IMG/VR virus record: IMGVR_UViG_3300028275_000006
Span: 148,543 to 212,542 of that record
Reading direction: 5' to 3' (one strand)
DNA: 64,000 nt
Position 1 is the first letter of the stretch; the number at the start of each line of letters is the position of its first letter. The position numbers were made by a program, and so were the translations under genes. The notes under the pieces are model-generated. The model had not been told where the DNA came from, did no database searches, and saw only the letters and a program-made list of their open reading frames with translations. Shown here in pieces: positions 27,026 through 36,934 of this stretch.

Positions 27026-28687
27026 ATGCCTTTACTAAATTTACCTAGCCCACCAGATGGGTTTGATTTTGCTACTAATGGATTTGGTCAACAAACCGGT
27101 ACATTAATCAAATCTGCGGCTAGTATAGTTAATGATGCGGCAAAGAAGATAGCCAGTTCATTTCCTAAGCCTCCTGCAGATGCAGGCACATTTACTCCCC
27201 CGGCAGATTCTAATGGTCCTAGTTTAAATGCTACTATAGATGCTATTAAAAATGGATCTATTAATAAAAGTATTACCGCTTCGATTAATAAAATCGGCGA
27301 CGTTGCTGGATCATTGCCTTCTGATGTCAGCGAAGGACTTGCTTCTGCACAGGCCGCAGTAGCCGCAAAGATGGCCGCGGCGCAGGCGCAACTTCCTAAA
27401 TTAATGGCAGTAGCACAGGCTAATATGGATCTAACAACTAAGAAAGCATTAGCAGCCGGTGCACCACCAACTGAAGAACAACTAAAAGCCGCCAGCGGTG
27501 CATTGGCTATATTTCAAGATGGACCTGCCGCTCTAAAAGCACAGGCAGAGGCTGTTAGTAAAACTGTAGCACAGGCAGGAGCAGACTTTGGTGCAAAACT
27601 TCCTGCGGCATTAAACACCGCATCTAATTTTGCTAAGGCAGGTTTAGATAAAGTATCAAGTCTTGCCACCGGCGCAGGCGCATCAATTACTTCGTTTGCT
27701 AATAGTGTACCTCCGCAGACTATCCCGGATCCACAGAATCCCAGTGGTCCTCCTATTACTAATCCGGCATATACTACATTTGCCGCTAATCCTGATAATG
27801 CCAGTAAGTTAAGTAGTCTAGCAAATTTAAAAACTGCTATGACTACTGCGGGTGCTGGTCTTACTGCGGCATTTGGTGCAATCGAAACTAAAGCCAATAC
27901 GGCTGTTAGTGCAGGTGTTGCAGATTTAAAGGCATTTGCATTTGCTAATCAATTGGCTCAACCTGCAGGTGGCATTATGGCCACGGCCAGGGCCGCTACG
28001 ATTGATGCTAGTCAAGTTAGTGCCGCACAAATTAATAAAGTTGTTGCACAGGCCGCTGCCAGCAATCCAGCACAACCGCCTAAGTCTCCAGAGTCTGAGA
28101 TTAAAGAAACAAAAATTAAAGAACCTGAAACTACTACTACAACTACACCTAAAACAGGAATCTTTGGCAAAGATCCTAATGAAAAAATTTCAGAGGCATT
28201 TGTTGAAGCCTATGCAATAAAATGGAGACAAATTAGGACTTACTTCGAGACTATTACTGCCAAAGATAATTTTGAAAAAAATCTTAATGCTTGGTACCCT
28301 GGATATGTTGCTATACGAGATAAAGGAAGACAAGTAGTAAAAGACAAACCAGATCCTGCTACTAGAACAGCCGAAGAAACGTATTACTCAGATAAGCGTG
28401 ATAAACTTAACGCAAACTTCCAAGAATATTCTGTTTTTTGGAAAGGTGCTAGTCGTACTCAAGCTCAAACTAATGAGAGAGCACGTCAGTGGCAATTGCT
28501 TAAAAAGTTATTTGACGAAAATAAAACATACGGCGAAGCACCGTTGAGTATTGAAACTGCTATTAAAACATCGGCTGTATTATCCGATGAAGAGGAAGCA
28601 AAATATTTTAAAACGTATGCGGATTTGATAAAGGCAAAGCCTGAAGCGGCCTTGCCTAGTAGTTTAGATCAACCGTTTTCAGCGTAA
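27026..28687 (+). CDS. Ala-rich 553-aa protein, probably virion-associated
   Basis: Directly follows PAAR; Ala-rich N-terminal part, Pro/Thr/Lys linker, distinct C-terminal domain. Confidence 0.6.
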   Translation: MPLLNLPSPPDGFDFATNGFGQQTGTLIKSAASIVNDAAKKIASSFPKPPADAGTFTPPADSNGPSLNATIDAIKNGSINKSITASINKIGDVAGSLPSDVSEGLASAQAAVAAKMAAAQAQLPKLMAVAQANMDLTTKKALAAGAPPTEEQLKAASGALAIFQDGPAALKAQAEAVSKTVAQAGADFGAKLPAALNTASNFAKAGLDKVSSLATGAGASITSFANSVPPQTIPDPQNPSGPPITNPAYTTFAANPDNASKLSSLANLKTAMTTAGAGLTAAFGAIETKANTAVSAGVADLKAFAFANQLAQPAGGIMATARAATIDASQVSAAQINKVVAQAAASNPAQPPKSPESEIKETKIKEPETTTTTTPKTGIFGKDPNEKISEAFVEAYAIKWRQIRTYFETITAKDNFEKNLNAWYPGYVAIRDKGRQVVKDKPDPATRTAEETYYSDKRDKLNANFQEYSVFWKGASRTQAQTNERARQWQLLKKLFDENKTYGEAPLSIETAIKTSAVLSDEEEAKYFKTYADLIKAKPEAALPSSLDQPFSA

Positions 28688-28981
28688 TTAAGACGCTAAC
28701 GTGATCCCAGTTGTTGTTTGAATGAACTGATCTGCAAACTGTTTGTCTGTTGCTTCTGCTACAGTTACAGTAGTCTTAAGTAGTTTAACTTCTTTGTCGG
28801 GACTTACTGTAAACAAATACGGCATAAGTCCTGGTCCTTTTGCACCCATACCAATAACCATTGGCTTACTCAACTTATAGTAAGTTGCTGTTTCCTCTGT
28901 AAGTTTGGCTACTAATTCTTCTCCTGAAGTTAGTTTAAGTGTAATTACTTCGCCTACTGATACGCCTTTGTCAATTAACAT
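28688..28981 (-). CDS. conserved phage protein, possible Sm-like fold
   Basis: VITLKLTSGEELVAK pattern. Confidence 0.55.
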   Translation of the reverse strand: MLIDKGVSVGEVITLKLTSGEELVAKLTEETATYYKLSKPMVIGMGAKGPGLMPYLFTVSPDKEVKLLKTTVTVAEATDKQFADQFIQTTTGITLAS

Positions 28982-28982
28982 A

Positions 28983-29225
28983 TTATCCCTTTAATGTTTC
29001 AAAAAATGCTTCGTCTTTACCTGCTAGGCCCTGATAGCCACCAGGAAGGAGAACGCCATCCTTAAAAATTTGTGGAACACTACGCAAGCCTTGATCCATA
29101 AGGAACTCACGTGCATCTGGTTCATCTTCCATCATAATTGTTTTAAATGGAATACCTTTGCTTTCTAACAATGCTTTTGCTCTGTCACAAAACGGACAGT
29201 TTTGTTTTGAATATACTGTAATCAT
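28983..29225 (-). CDS. glutaredoxin
   Basis: CPFC active site, RSVPQIF; follows nrdB. Confidence 0.92.
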   Translation of the reverse strand: MITVYSKQNCPFCDRAKALLESKGIPFKTIMMEDEPDAREFLMDQGLRSVPQIFKDGVLLPGGYQGLAGKDEAFFETLKG

Positions 29226-29234
29226 ACTTCTCTC

Positions 29235-30335
29235 TTATAAATTTGGTAATGCGTCATAATCGATTGCATCGCTCATAACGCCAATAACGTAGTTAGTGCT
29301 TTCATTCTCTTGTAGAGCAGTTTGTTTTTTACTAGTATCGCTGTGCTTGTTAAACCAAGGAATAGGAGTTGTCTTAGGTGCAGGGTTAGTGTACTTAATG
29401 CCAATCTCCTTGAGTGCGTTATATGCGGTGTAATCTACAAAGTCTTTAAGAATGTTAGCGTTTAATCCAATCACTGGTCCTTTTTGGAACAAGTAGTCGG
29501 CCCATGCTTTTTCTTCACGTATTACATCCATATATAGCGCCAAGACTTCTGCTTCACACTCTGTCTTGATTCGAGCAAAGCGTGGATCTTCTTTGACTAC
29601 TTGATTGATCAAATAGGCAGTCCAACCTTTGTGTAGTAATTCATCTTGTAGAATTAAACTGATAATGTTGCCATTACCAATAAAGATTTTATTTTCTACC
29701 ATTGCTAGACTTGTAGCAAACGATACCATAAAGCGGAATGCTTCTAAGGCATAACTTGCGTTCAACGCTAACCAAATTGACTTGACGTGTTCTACTTCGG
29801 AAATTTCTTCGCCTAGTTCTTTGCGGCAGTTAATTAAGTGTAGGTCGTCATAATACTTGCCTACACTACTAGCCATGTCTACAATCTCTTTAGTGTCGTG
29901 GATAGTATTGAATACTTCTTTAGGCACATTATAGATGTTACGGATGATATGACTGTAACTACGACTATGAATATTTGTTTCAAAGAATGTCCAGTTGTAA
30001 ACCAGTGCTTCTAGTTCTGGCAGACTTACGACCGGAGTAAAGATTTGACTTGGGCCACGGCCTTGTAAACTATCTAACGCTGTTTGACGCAACAAGTTAG
30101 ATGTAAAGATATGTTTTACGGCATCGCTGGCATCTTTAAAGTCCTGTGCGTCCTTAGTTAAACTAATTTCTTCAGGTACCCAAAAGAAGCCGCGAGCAGT
30201 AGTTTCGAAATTTTGAATTTTAGGATACTTTACTTCCTCAAATCTTTGAATAGTAACAGGACCCTGTGGGTCCAAGAACATCTTACGATTAAGATAGTCT
30301 GTCTTTGTGTTTAAATTGTATTGCGCTTTACTCAT
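29235..30335 (-). CDS. nrdB: ribonucleotide reductase class Ia beta subunit
   Basis: FFWVPEEI, ETNIHSRSY, LEAFRF, QDELLH, QENE. Confidence 0.96.
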   Translation of the reverse strand: MSKAQYNLNTKTDYLNRKMFLDPQGPVTIQRFEEVKYPKIQNFETTARGFFWVPEEISLTKDAQDFKDASDAVKHIFTSNLLRQTALDSLQGRGPSQIFTPVVSLPELEALVYNWTFFETNIHSRSYSHIIRNIYNVPKEVFNTIHDTKEIVDMASSVGKYYDDLHLINCRKELGEEISEVEHVKSIWLALNASYALEAFRFMVSFATSLAMVENKIFIGNGNIISLILQDELLHKGWTAYLINQVVKEDPRFARIKTECEAEVLALYMDVIREEKAWADYLFQKGPVIGLNANILKDFVDYTAYNALKEIGIKYTNPAPKTTPIPWFNKHSDTSKKQTALQENESTNYVIGVMSDAIDYDALPNL

Positions 30336-30505
30336 TTTGTTTCCAATGTTATTTGTCCGTCTACGATTGTTACACGTTTAACTGGACGGCCATCGACGTA
30401 CACAGGAACTTCAGTAAAGTTTTTCTTAATATTCGTAGCATCGGCCTTGTGTGCCAACTGTTGCCACGCTTTAAATATTTCTTGATGTATGTCGTAAGCG
30501 TCCAT
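30332..30505 (-). CDS. 57-aa protein between nrdA and nrdB (MDAYDIHQEIFKAW...)
   Basis: Hand-translated; TAATG and ATGA overlaps on both sides; not in track. Confidence 0.7.
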   Translation of the reverse strand: MDAYDIHQEIFKAWQQLAHKADATNIKKNFTEVPVYVDGRPVKRVTIVDGQITLETK

Positions 30506-32832
30506 TATAATTTACATGCCTCACAATCGTCTTCTAAATCTACTTCTACATAATTCTGTGCTACAGTTTGTACTAGTTCTTCTTCTTTGGCTTTACTACC
30601 TGCCTTGTTGATTAGGCTATAATAGAAAGTTTTTAGTCCCCAGTAGTGTGCCTGCATCAAGTTCTTAGCAATCAATGTAGTTGGCACTTTACGATCCGCA
30701 AAGTGTGCTGGATTGTAGAATGTGTTTGTACTAATTGACTGGTCAACATAGGCCGCAAGTACAGCCGCAGTCTTTAAGTAACCATCGCAGTCTTTCTGTT
30801 CCCACATCATTTGATATTTGTTCTTGAGTTTATGATACTCGGGGACAACTTGTACAAAGGAACCTGCTTTGCTTTCCTTAACTGAAATAAGCGACATAGG
30901 CATTTCAATGCCATTAGTGCTGTTAATGACAACACTAGAACTTTCAACAGGGGCAATGGCCATAAGTGTAGCATTTCTAACTCCGTGTTCTAACATCTCG
31001 CCACGCAAAGTTTCCCAATCAAGTTCCGGAGTAAAGTCTGCTAGTTCATTAACACCTTTAGCACGTAACTCCCAAGGAAACTCTCCCTGACCGTATCGTG
31101 TATGTGCGCTATGCAGACAAGGTCCACGTTCTTTGGCCAATTCAACTGTGGCTTCTGTTAGGTAGTAGGCTTGATGCTCCATCCATGTCTTGACATCTTG
31201 TAGTGCATCTTTTTCGCCATACTTGAGTCCACGCTTGGCGTGCCAGTATGCTAAGTTAGTAACGCCAATACCCAATGGTTGGATTTCGTCGTTGCTTAGT
31301 TTACTTTGAATACTTAGGAAGTCTTGGTAGTCCAGTATGTTGCATAGACTACGCTGAAGGATGCGGCAAGCTCTACGCATATCCTCAGGATTGCGGAATG
31401 CTCCCCAATTAATGGAGCCCAGAGTACAGAGAGCGATACGACCAGCATCGTCATCGAGACGCTTAAATGGCTTAGTAGGTAATAGTATTTCACAGCACAA
31501 ATTACTTTGATAGATTGTATGATACTCAGGATCAAATGGACCTTGGTTCATTACGTTGTCTACAAACACAAGATAGATACGTCCTGTGTCTGTACGTTCT
31601 TTTAGAATACCGCCTTTAAAAACTTCTTCTGCTGAAATTACTTTCTTGCGAAGATCTTTTTGCTTTTCATATTTGACATATAATTCTTCAAATAGTTTAG
31701 TATCCTGATAAAATGCTTCGTACAAATCTGGTACTTCATTAGGATCAAAGAATGTTATGTTTTCTTTGTTCTTGAATCGGCGCCAAAAGAACGCTGAGAG
31801 GACGACTCCGTAGTCCATGTGGCGGACTCTTGTCTCCTCAGTTCCTTGATTATTCTTGAGAACAATAAGATCATCGAACTGATGATGCCAAATAGGATAA
31901 AACACAGTAGCACTTGCATTACGAATGCCTCCTTGACTGCAACTCCTTAAATCACCGAACCACTTCTTCAAGAAGGGGATCATGCCAGTGTGCATGATTT
32001 CTCCACCACGGATCGGGGAGCCCAATGGGCGTAGTCGACCGATTTCCAATCCAATCCCCGCTCTCTTACTGGCGTACTTAGCCATCATCTCTCCAGAAGC
32101 AAATATGCTATCCAGATCGTCGTCACTGCGGATAAGAACACAACTAGAAAACTGCTTAGTTGGAGTGCCAAGCCCTGCCAACACAGGTGTAGCAAGAGTA
32201 AACAAACCATCGGATGCTGCCGCATAGTATTCTTTAATGTAACGCATTCTTGCACTATTCGGTTCTTCCTTATGGAAGACTGTAGCCGCGGCCACCATAT
32301 ATCTAACCTGTGGAGTTTCATAAATTTCCTTTGTCGCACGATTGCGTACCAAATACTTCTCTATTAACTGCTCAATAGCCGCATAACTATACTCTTCATC
32401 TTTAGAATGGTCTAACATATCATCCATTCTATTCCAATCATCTTCGCTATACCAATTCATTAGTTCTGGTGTGTATAGTCCGACTTCAATATTTTTCTTT
32501 ACGATCTCGTAGAGGCGAGGAGGCTCGTATTCGCCATATACATCCTTACGTAGCATACTCAAGCGTTGCTTGCCTGCTACATATTGATAATTTACATGAC
32601 CTACATCTGGATTATGTTCAACGTCAATTAAATCTACAATCGCTCGTAGTGTAATTTCATCGATTTCTTGAGTAGTAATGCCATCATAGAAATGAGGCTG
32701 TGCTTTAATTTCAATCATCGACTGACTTACGTCTGCAATACCAGCACATACTTTCGCTACCTGTGCCTGCCACTTTTCAATCGTTAATTTCTCTCTGTTA
32801 CCGTTTCTTTTTATTACTGTTATATTTGTCAT
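30505..32832 (-). CDS. nrdA: ribonucleotide reductase class Ia alpha subunit with ATP cone
   Basis: VIKRNG ATP cone; FSSCVL, QSNLCCEI, LMAIAP, C-terminal CEACKL. Confidence 0.97.
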   Translation of the reverse strand: MTNITVIKRNGNREKLTIEKWQAQVAKVCAGIADVSQSMIEIKAQPHFYDGITTQEIDEITLRAIVDLIDVEHNPDVGHVNYQYVAGKQRLSMLRKDVYGEYEPPRLYEIVKKNIEVGLYTPELMNWYSEDDWNRMDDMLDHSKDEEYSYAAIEQLIEKYLVRNRATKEIYETPQVRYMVAAATVFHKEEPNSARMRYIKEYYAAASDGLFTLATPVLAGLGTPTKQFSSCVLIRSDDDLDSIFASGEMMAKYASKRAGIGLEIGRLRPLGSPIRGGEIMHTGMIPFLKKWFGDLRSCSQGGIRNASATVFYPIWHHQFDDLIVLKNNQGTEETRVRHMDYGVVLSAFFWRRFKNKENITFFDPNEVPDLYEAFYQDTKLFEELYVKYEKQKDLRKKVISAEEVFKGGILKERTDTGRIYLVFVDNVMNQGPFDPEYHTIYQSNLCCEILLPTKPFKRLDDDAGRIALCTLGSINWGAFRNPEDMRRACRILQRSLCNILDYQDFLSIQSKLSNDEIQPLGIGVTNLAYWHAKRGLKYGEKDALQDVKTWMEHQAYYLTEATVELAKERGPCLHSAHTRYGQGEFPWELRAKGVNELADFTPELDWETLRGEMLEHGVRNATLMAIAPVESSSVVINSTNGIEMPMSLISVKESKAGSFVQVVPEYHKLKNKYQMMWEQKDCDGYLKTAAVLAAYVDQSISTNTFYNPAHFADRKVPTTLIAKNLMQAHYWGLKTFYYSLINKAGSKAKEEELVQTVAQNYVEVDLEDDCEACKL

Positions 32833-32869
32833 TTACGCCTCGATTGCAAAGTATGATATTTAGTACTGT

Positions 32870-33295
32870 TCAAAACTGTTCGGACAATACATGAGTTTTT
32901 TCTATATGTATGTTCTTTGGAATGTCTTTAATATGCACACTTTTTTCTTGGTCTAGTCCTATTACACGGTCGCCCGCAATTAACATATAATATAACTTGG
33001 ACTGTTCTTTGTCAAGGCCAACTTGAATCTCATAATGCCAATCTTTAAATTTTTCAGTTAGCATTAATGTATATCCAATTGCCAGTGTTGCGGTGTACTC
33101 GCAATAGACATTCTCCTCAATCATCTCCCATGGATCTGGCCATGTTGTTTGGTCATAAGGATCGATGTTACGCACAGATTTTGGAATTGTGTTCCAAAAG
33201 TCTATGGCTGTTTGAATTGGATCAGTGTCAGAGGTTAATTGGTCTCTGAGACCTCTCCAGGCGGCTAGGCGATCTTCGAATCGTTTGAGAACCAT
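32870..33295 (-). CDS. hypothetical protein (transglutaminase-like Cys possible)
   Basis: WPDPWEMIEENVYCEY. Confidence 0.65.
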   Translation of the reverse strand: MVLKRFEDRLAAWRGLRDQLTSDTDPIQTAIDFWNTIPKSVRNIDPYDQTTWPDPWEMIEENVYCEYTATLAIGYTLMLTEKFKDWHYEIQVGLDKEQSKLYYMLIAGDRVIGLDQEKSVHIKDIPKNIHIEKTHVLSEQF

Positions 33296-33298
33296 GTA

Positions 33299-34927
33299 TT
33301 AACTAATTGTTTCGTACCAATAGTTAATATAACCATCCTCAGAGACTGCTGTATTTGTATATCTAACAAACACAGTTGGATCATTGGTAAATGTTCCTGC
33401 GTTTTCTAAAGTTGCTGAAAAACTTAGGTCTTCAATGTTTGAAGAATTACCAATGGTACTACAGTCGTCTGTAAGGTGTACTAGATCATTTTCTCTATCT
33501 ACATTAACAAAAATAGTTCCTTGTCTTGTAACGGCCTGTGCAGGGCTTGTATAGAAATAATGAATGATGTGAGAAGTGCTGGTATTAGCAGGCAGTTTAA
33601 TAAACGGACTACCAGTTGCACCCGAGTCGATATAAATTTCGTTGTTGTATTTGTGTTCCGATTTTACTATGCCTTTTACTTCTGGAATATAAGGAATAGA
33701 ATTCAAGTATGTTGGATTAGAAGTTAATTCGATACTTCTTTCAAAGTAATCGTTAGTAGAAACGTTACCGCCTGAAACAAAATTAACTACTTCATAGGTT
33801 GCAGTTTCTTCAGTACCGCCGTCATTACCAACTTGTACATAGGTATTGCTTTCAGATACGTTGCCTGTACCTGCAATAATTTCGTATCCAGTTTCTGTAA
33901 TTCTAGAAAAACGTGAATGTGTAACTTTGTTTTCGTGCGGACCATACTGACGTCCACTGGCTAATGAATCTACGTTGTGGCCAAATCTAATTCCTCTACG
34001 TAGTTCATAGAATGTACTGTTGGTAAAATGATTAGATTCGATGTCGTATGTACTGTCGATACCATAAGCAAAGTTTGTAATGTCAACATTGTCAAACAAA
34101 TTACCAGTACAAGATACGCTGGCTGATTTTGCCACTAATCTTAATCCAACGCTGTCTGCATTTAAGGCTGTACTTGGGTATGCCCATACACCTTTAATCT
34201 TTAGATTACTAAATGTAGAATTTTTAGCGGCTATTAATTCTAAGCCAGGCTTATTTGCCACAGTATTTTCTAAGGTCATGTCGGACATGCCTATTAACTG
34301 TGGTTGATTTAAACTGGTCATAGTAGATGTGTCTGTATAGACACCTGGAGTACTGTCGCTACCAACTGTATATGCTACTGCAAATGCACCTGTCTGGCGA
34401 ATCACTGTTTTATCTTTGCCAGCACCTTGTAAGTTTGCATAAGGAGGAATACGTAGTGGAGAAGTAATTTTATAGATACCTGCTTCAAACACTAATTTAA
34501 TTCTGCTGGCTGTAGATCCTTTGGTAGCATCGTTTAGATATAATTGATCAATAGCACGTTGAATGGCTAATGTATCGTCTGTAGTACCATTTCCCACAGC
34601 ACCAAATGCTCTAACAGAAACTACATCATCAAGACGTTCTTGAACAGTACGTTGTATCGGTTGCGCGGCGCTTGGACCTGTTTGGATTGTGGCATCATTT
34701 CTCTTGTACTGATATTGTAATGCTAGGTCAAGAATGTTGTCGTGTTCTGTAATAATTTTAGTGTTGCCCACATACGGAGCACCTTCACTAACACTACCAT
34801 TACCTATGAACAATTCTTGCGTGTCAATTGCCCAACCAATTTCTCCGCTGGCTAACTGCGGTAAACTAGTACCTGAATTTTTACGTCCTCTTCGATGCTG
34901 AATTTTTGATATTTGCACTACAGCCAT
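33299..34927 (-). CDS. virion structural protein with Mtd-like N-terminus and pectate-lyase-like beta-helix
   Basis: QISKIQHRRG..LPQLASGEIGWAID; VSVRAFGAVGNGTTDDTLAIQRAI. Confidence 0.75.
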   Translation of the reverse strand: MAVVQISKIQHRRGRKNSGTSLPQLASGEIGWAIDTQELFIGNGSVSEGAPYVGNTKIITEHDNILDLALQYQYKRNDATIQTGPSAAQPIQRTVQERLDDVVSVRAFGAVGNGTTDDTLAIQRAIDQLYLNDATKGSTASRIKLVFEAGIYKITSPLRIPPYANLQGAGKDKTVIRQTGAFAVAYTVGSDSTPGVYTDTSTMTSLNQPQLIGMSDMTLENTVANKPGLELIAAKNSTFSNLKIKGVWAYPSTALNADSVGLRLVAKSASVSCTGNLFDNVDITNFAYGIDSTYDIESNHFTNSTFYELRRGIRFGHNVDSLASGRQYGPHENKVTHSRFSRITETGYEIIAGTGNVSESNTYVQVGNDGGTEETATYEVVNFVSGGNVSTNDYFERSIELTSNPTYLNSIPYIPEVKGIVKSEHKYNNEIYIDSGATGSPFIKLPANTSTSHIIHYFYTSPAQAVTRQGTIFVNVDRENDLVHLTDDCSTIGNSSNIEDLSFSATLENAGTFTNDPTVFVRYTNTAVSEDGYINYWYETIS

Positions 34928-34960
34928 AATCTACACTCCGTTATGACTGTATTTATGTGT

Positions 34961-35653
34961 TTAGGGTAGTCTATAATATTGTGCCACCCTGTCACACCAG
35001 CGATTTGTCCAGTAGTCAAAATCTGAAGGTTCTAATATAAACTCTTGATATTCGTAGTCTTTGCTACACATTAAAATAACACCCTTGCGTATATTAGTGC
35101 CGTGTATTTCGTTGTGTGCTAGAGCGTAGGCTGTTAACTGTAAAAAGTAATCCTCGATCCACTCAAGTTTCTTGGGTTTGTTAGTCTGCTTAAAGTCTAG
35201 GATACTTTCGTCGCCTTCGTGTATGCCTACACAGTCTGTGGTTCCTGCATATAATTCTGGGAAATACAAAGGAACTTCACTGCCCCATACTTCCTTAATT
35301 TTAGGGAATCCTTGTGCAATAACAATCTTAGCCATGTCCAGGCTTTGTTGTGCATAAGGGTTACTCACACTTTCTTTTAGTGGCTCACCTTTAATGTAGT
35401 TTTCTAGGTATGTGTGCATCCTAGTTCCGCGACTGGCGGCTTCGGTGGTAATCTGTTGTGCTTTTTGTTCGCCAACAGCCTTTTTCCAATTAGCCAGTGC
35501 TTCACGGGCTTCTGCTGGTTTAGTTTTATCTAGGATTGTTGTTACACTGGGAACTTTAAACCCATCTGGGCAAGCATATAAACGCTTGCCAGTGGATTCA
35601 TCTCTATTAAGTTTAGTGTAGGTATATTTTGGCTGTAATAATGTCGTAGTCAT
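34961..35653 (-). CDS. PD-(D/E)xK exonuclease
   Basis: PSVTTIL, RGTRMHTYLE, EVPL, YAGTTDC, ILDFKQT, QLTAY. Confidence 0.88.
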   Translation of the reverse strand: MTTTLLQPKYTYTKLNRDESTGKRLYACPDGFKVPSVTTILDKTKPAEAREALANWKKAVGEQKAQQITTEAASRGTRMHTYLENYIKGEPLKESVSNPYAQQSLDMAKIVIAQGFPKIKEVWGSEVPLYFPELYAGTTDCVGIHEGDESILDFKQTNKPKKLEWIEDYFLQLTAYALAHNEIHGTNIRKGVILMCSKDYEYQEFILEPSDFDYWTNRWCDRVAQYYRLP

Positions 35654-35659
35654 GACGCA

Positions 35660-35688
35660 ATTATAACATTATGTTTACAGCCTGTCAA
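35660..35688 (-). promoter_or_regulatory. consensus sigma70 promoter for the exonuclease
   Basis: TTGACA-17-TATAAT. Confidence 0.8.
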
Positions 35689-36017
35689 GAGGCCATTGCT
35701 GTATTTGTTGCGTGTTTTGCCATTTGTGCAACAGCGTCACTGCCTGTGTCGCCGTCTACTGGACCTTGTGGTGGTGTTTGATTTTTAGTCTTTAGTTCAA
35801 TGCCGTTTTGATCAAATCGTGCTACTAATTTTTGTAGATTAGGATCTGCATCGAAGGTTAATTTAAATGTGTCGTAGTCGAATTCTTCTTGGCCAATGTT
35901 TGTCATGAAACGATTAATTTCGTCCCATCTAAAATTGCCTGGAATGTTTTTGCTATCGGCTTTACCGATCAAACTCCTAAGAATTAGGATTAGGTTTGGA
36001 TCGGTTGCCTCAATTAC
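35685..36017 (-). CDS. start-less ORF, probable -1 frameshift extension of 36014..36901
   Basis: Frame open from 36047; no ATG/GTG before TTG 35972, and that TTG is only 1 nt from AGGAG. Confidence 0.6.
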   Translation of the reverse strand, partial: VIEATDPNLILILRSLIGKADSKNIPGNFRWDEINRFMTNIGQEEFDYDTFKLTFDADPNLQKLVARFDQNGIELKTKNQTPPQGPVDGDTGSDAVAQMAKHATNTAMAS

Positions 36018-36023
36018 TTTTTT
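35958..36023 (-). promoter_or_regulatory. candidate -1 frameshift signal: A_AAA_AAG plus downstream hairpin
   Basis: Heptamer 36023-36017; hairpin 36009-35958 (GGC/GCC, ACCGAT/ATCGGT, CAAAC/GTTTG, TCCTAA/TTAGGA). Confidence 0.7.
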
Positions 36024-36901
36024 TTTGGTGCTAGTAAACTTGCTAGTTTACGGCTAAACTCGATTGATTCACGAGTAGCACGACCTGCGGGCTCTTCGCC
36101 ACCTGCCGCTGGAGCAGCCGCTCCTGCTTCTTCTTCACCGCCAACTACTGTGCCTGATTCAGCACCTGCTTCTGGTTCTTCTGCGCCTGCTTCTGGTGCT
36201 GGCTCTGCGCCCATTGTTGGAGCGGCTCCTTCACCTTCGCCTGTTAAGATAGCAACTGCTTGTGTTAGTTGCTGACGTGAACTTTCTAATGCTGTGTAGA
36301 TAGTTGCAAGGGCTGGTTTAACAACTCCCTCGAACTCCATTGATGTATCACTGCCCATTTCGTCTCTTATAGAGTCAATTAATTCTAACATTGATTCGGC
36401 CTGCATATTTGCTGTGTCTTCCATCCAGCCTGTAACGCGGTCAACCATGTCACGAGCGGCCATGATTAACTCGGCCTTTTCTTCTTCGCCTTCACGTAGT
36501 ACAGATTCTACTTGTACTACGGCTTTGTTCTTATTAACTTTATTCTGTAATTCTTCTGGAAGATCTTCAAATGCGATAACACCTTGCTCTACTTTTTCTA
36601 ATACCATGCTTTCCATTTCAGTATAGCCGCTGTCAGTAGTCATTTCGTTGCTACGCTCTTCGATAGCACGATTTAACACATCTAGGAACAGTTTGTTCTT
36701 AGAATATGTTTCGTCTTCGTAGACAGCATTGTAGCTCTCGCTGGCTTCAAACTGACTAATCTTTGTACGTAACTTGTTACGTGCATCTTCTAACTGTTCA
36801 AGAGTGAAACTCTCTAAATCAATTTTCTGTCCAAATTGCTGGGCTACGCTTTCGTTTAACGCCTTGGCAGTTAATGGTTTGTTAAGTTCTGTAATACGCA
36901 T
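36014..36901 (-). CDS. acidic coiled-coil protein, probable prohead core/scaffold-like
   Basis: Glu-rich, heptads, many (L/I/V)xE sites; late promoter TATAAATA at 36932-36939. Confidence 0.55.
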   Translation of the reverse strand: MRITELNKPLTAKALNESVAQQFGQKIDLESFTLEQLEDARNKLRTKISQFEASESYNAVYEDETYSKNKLFLDVLNRAIEERSNEMTTDSGYTEMESMVLEKVEQGVIAFEDLPEELQNKVNKNKAVVQVESVLREGEEEKAELIMAARDMVDRVTGWMEDTANMQAESMLELIDSIRDEMGSDTSMEFEGVVKPALATIYTALESSRQQLTQAVAILTGEGEGAAPTMGAEPAPEAGAEEPEAGAESGTVVGGEEEAGAAAPAAGGEEPAGRATRESIEFSRKLASLLAPKKK

Positions 36902-36934
36902 GGTTAAAATCTTCCTGTGAAGTTGTTTTATTAT

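Noticed and set aside
35970-35980. Independent TTG start for ORF 35685..35972
   Set aside because: AGGAG lies 1 nt from TTG and within a hairpin; protein-like sequence continues upstream to the slippery site. A homopolymer sequencing error cannot be excluded without reads
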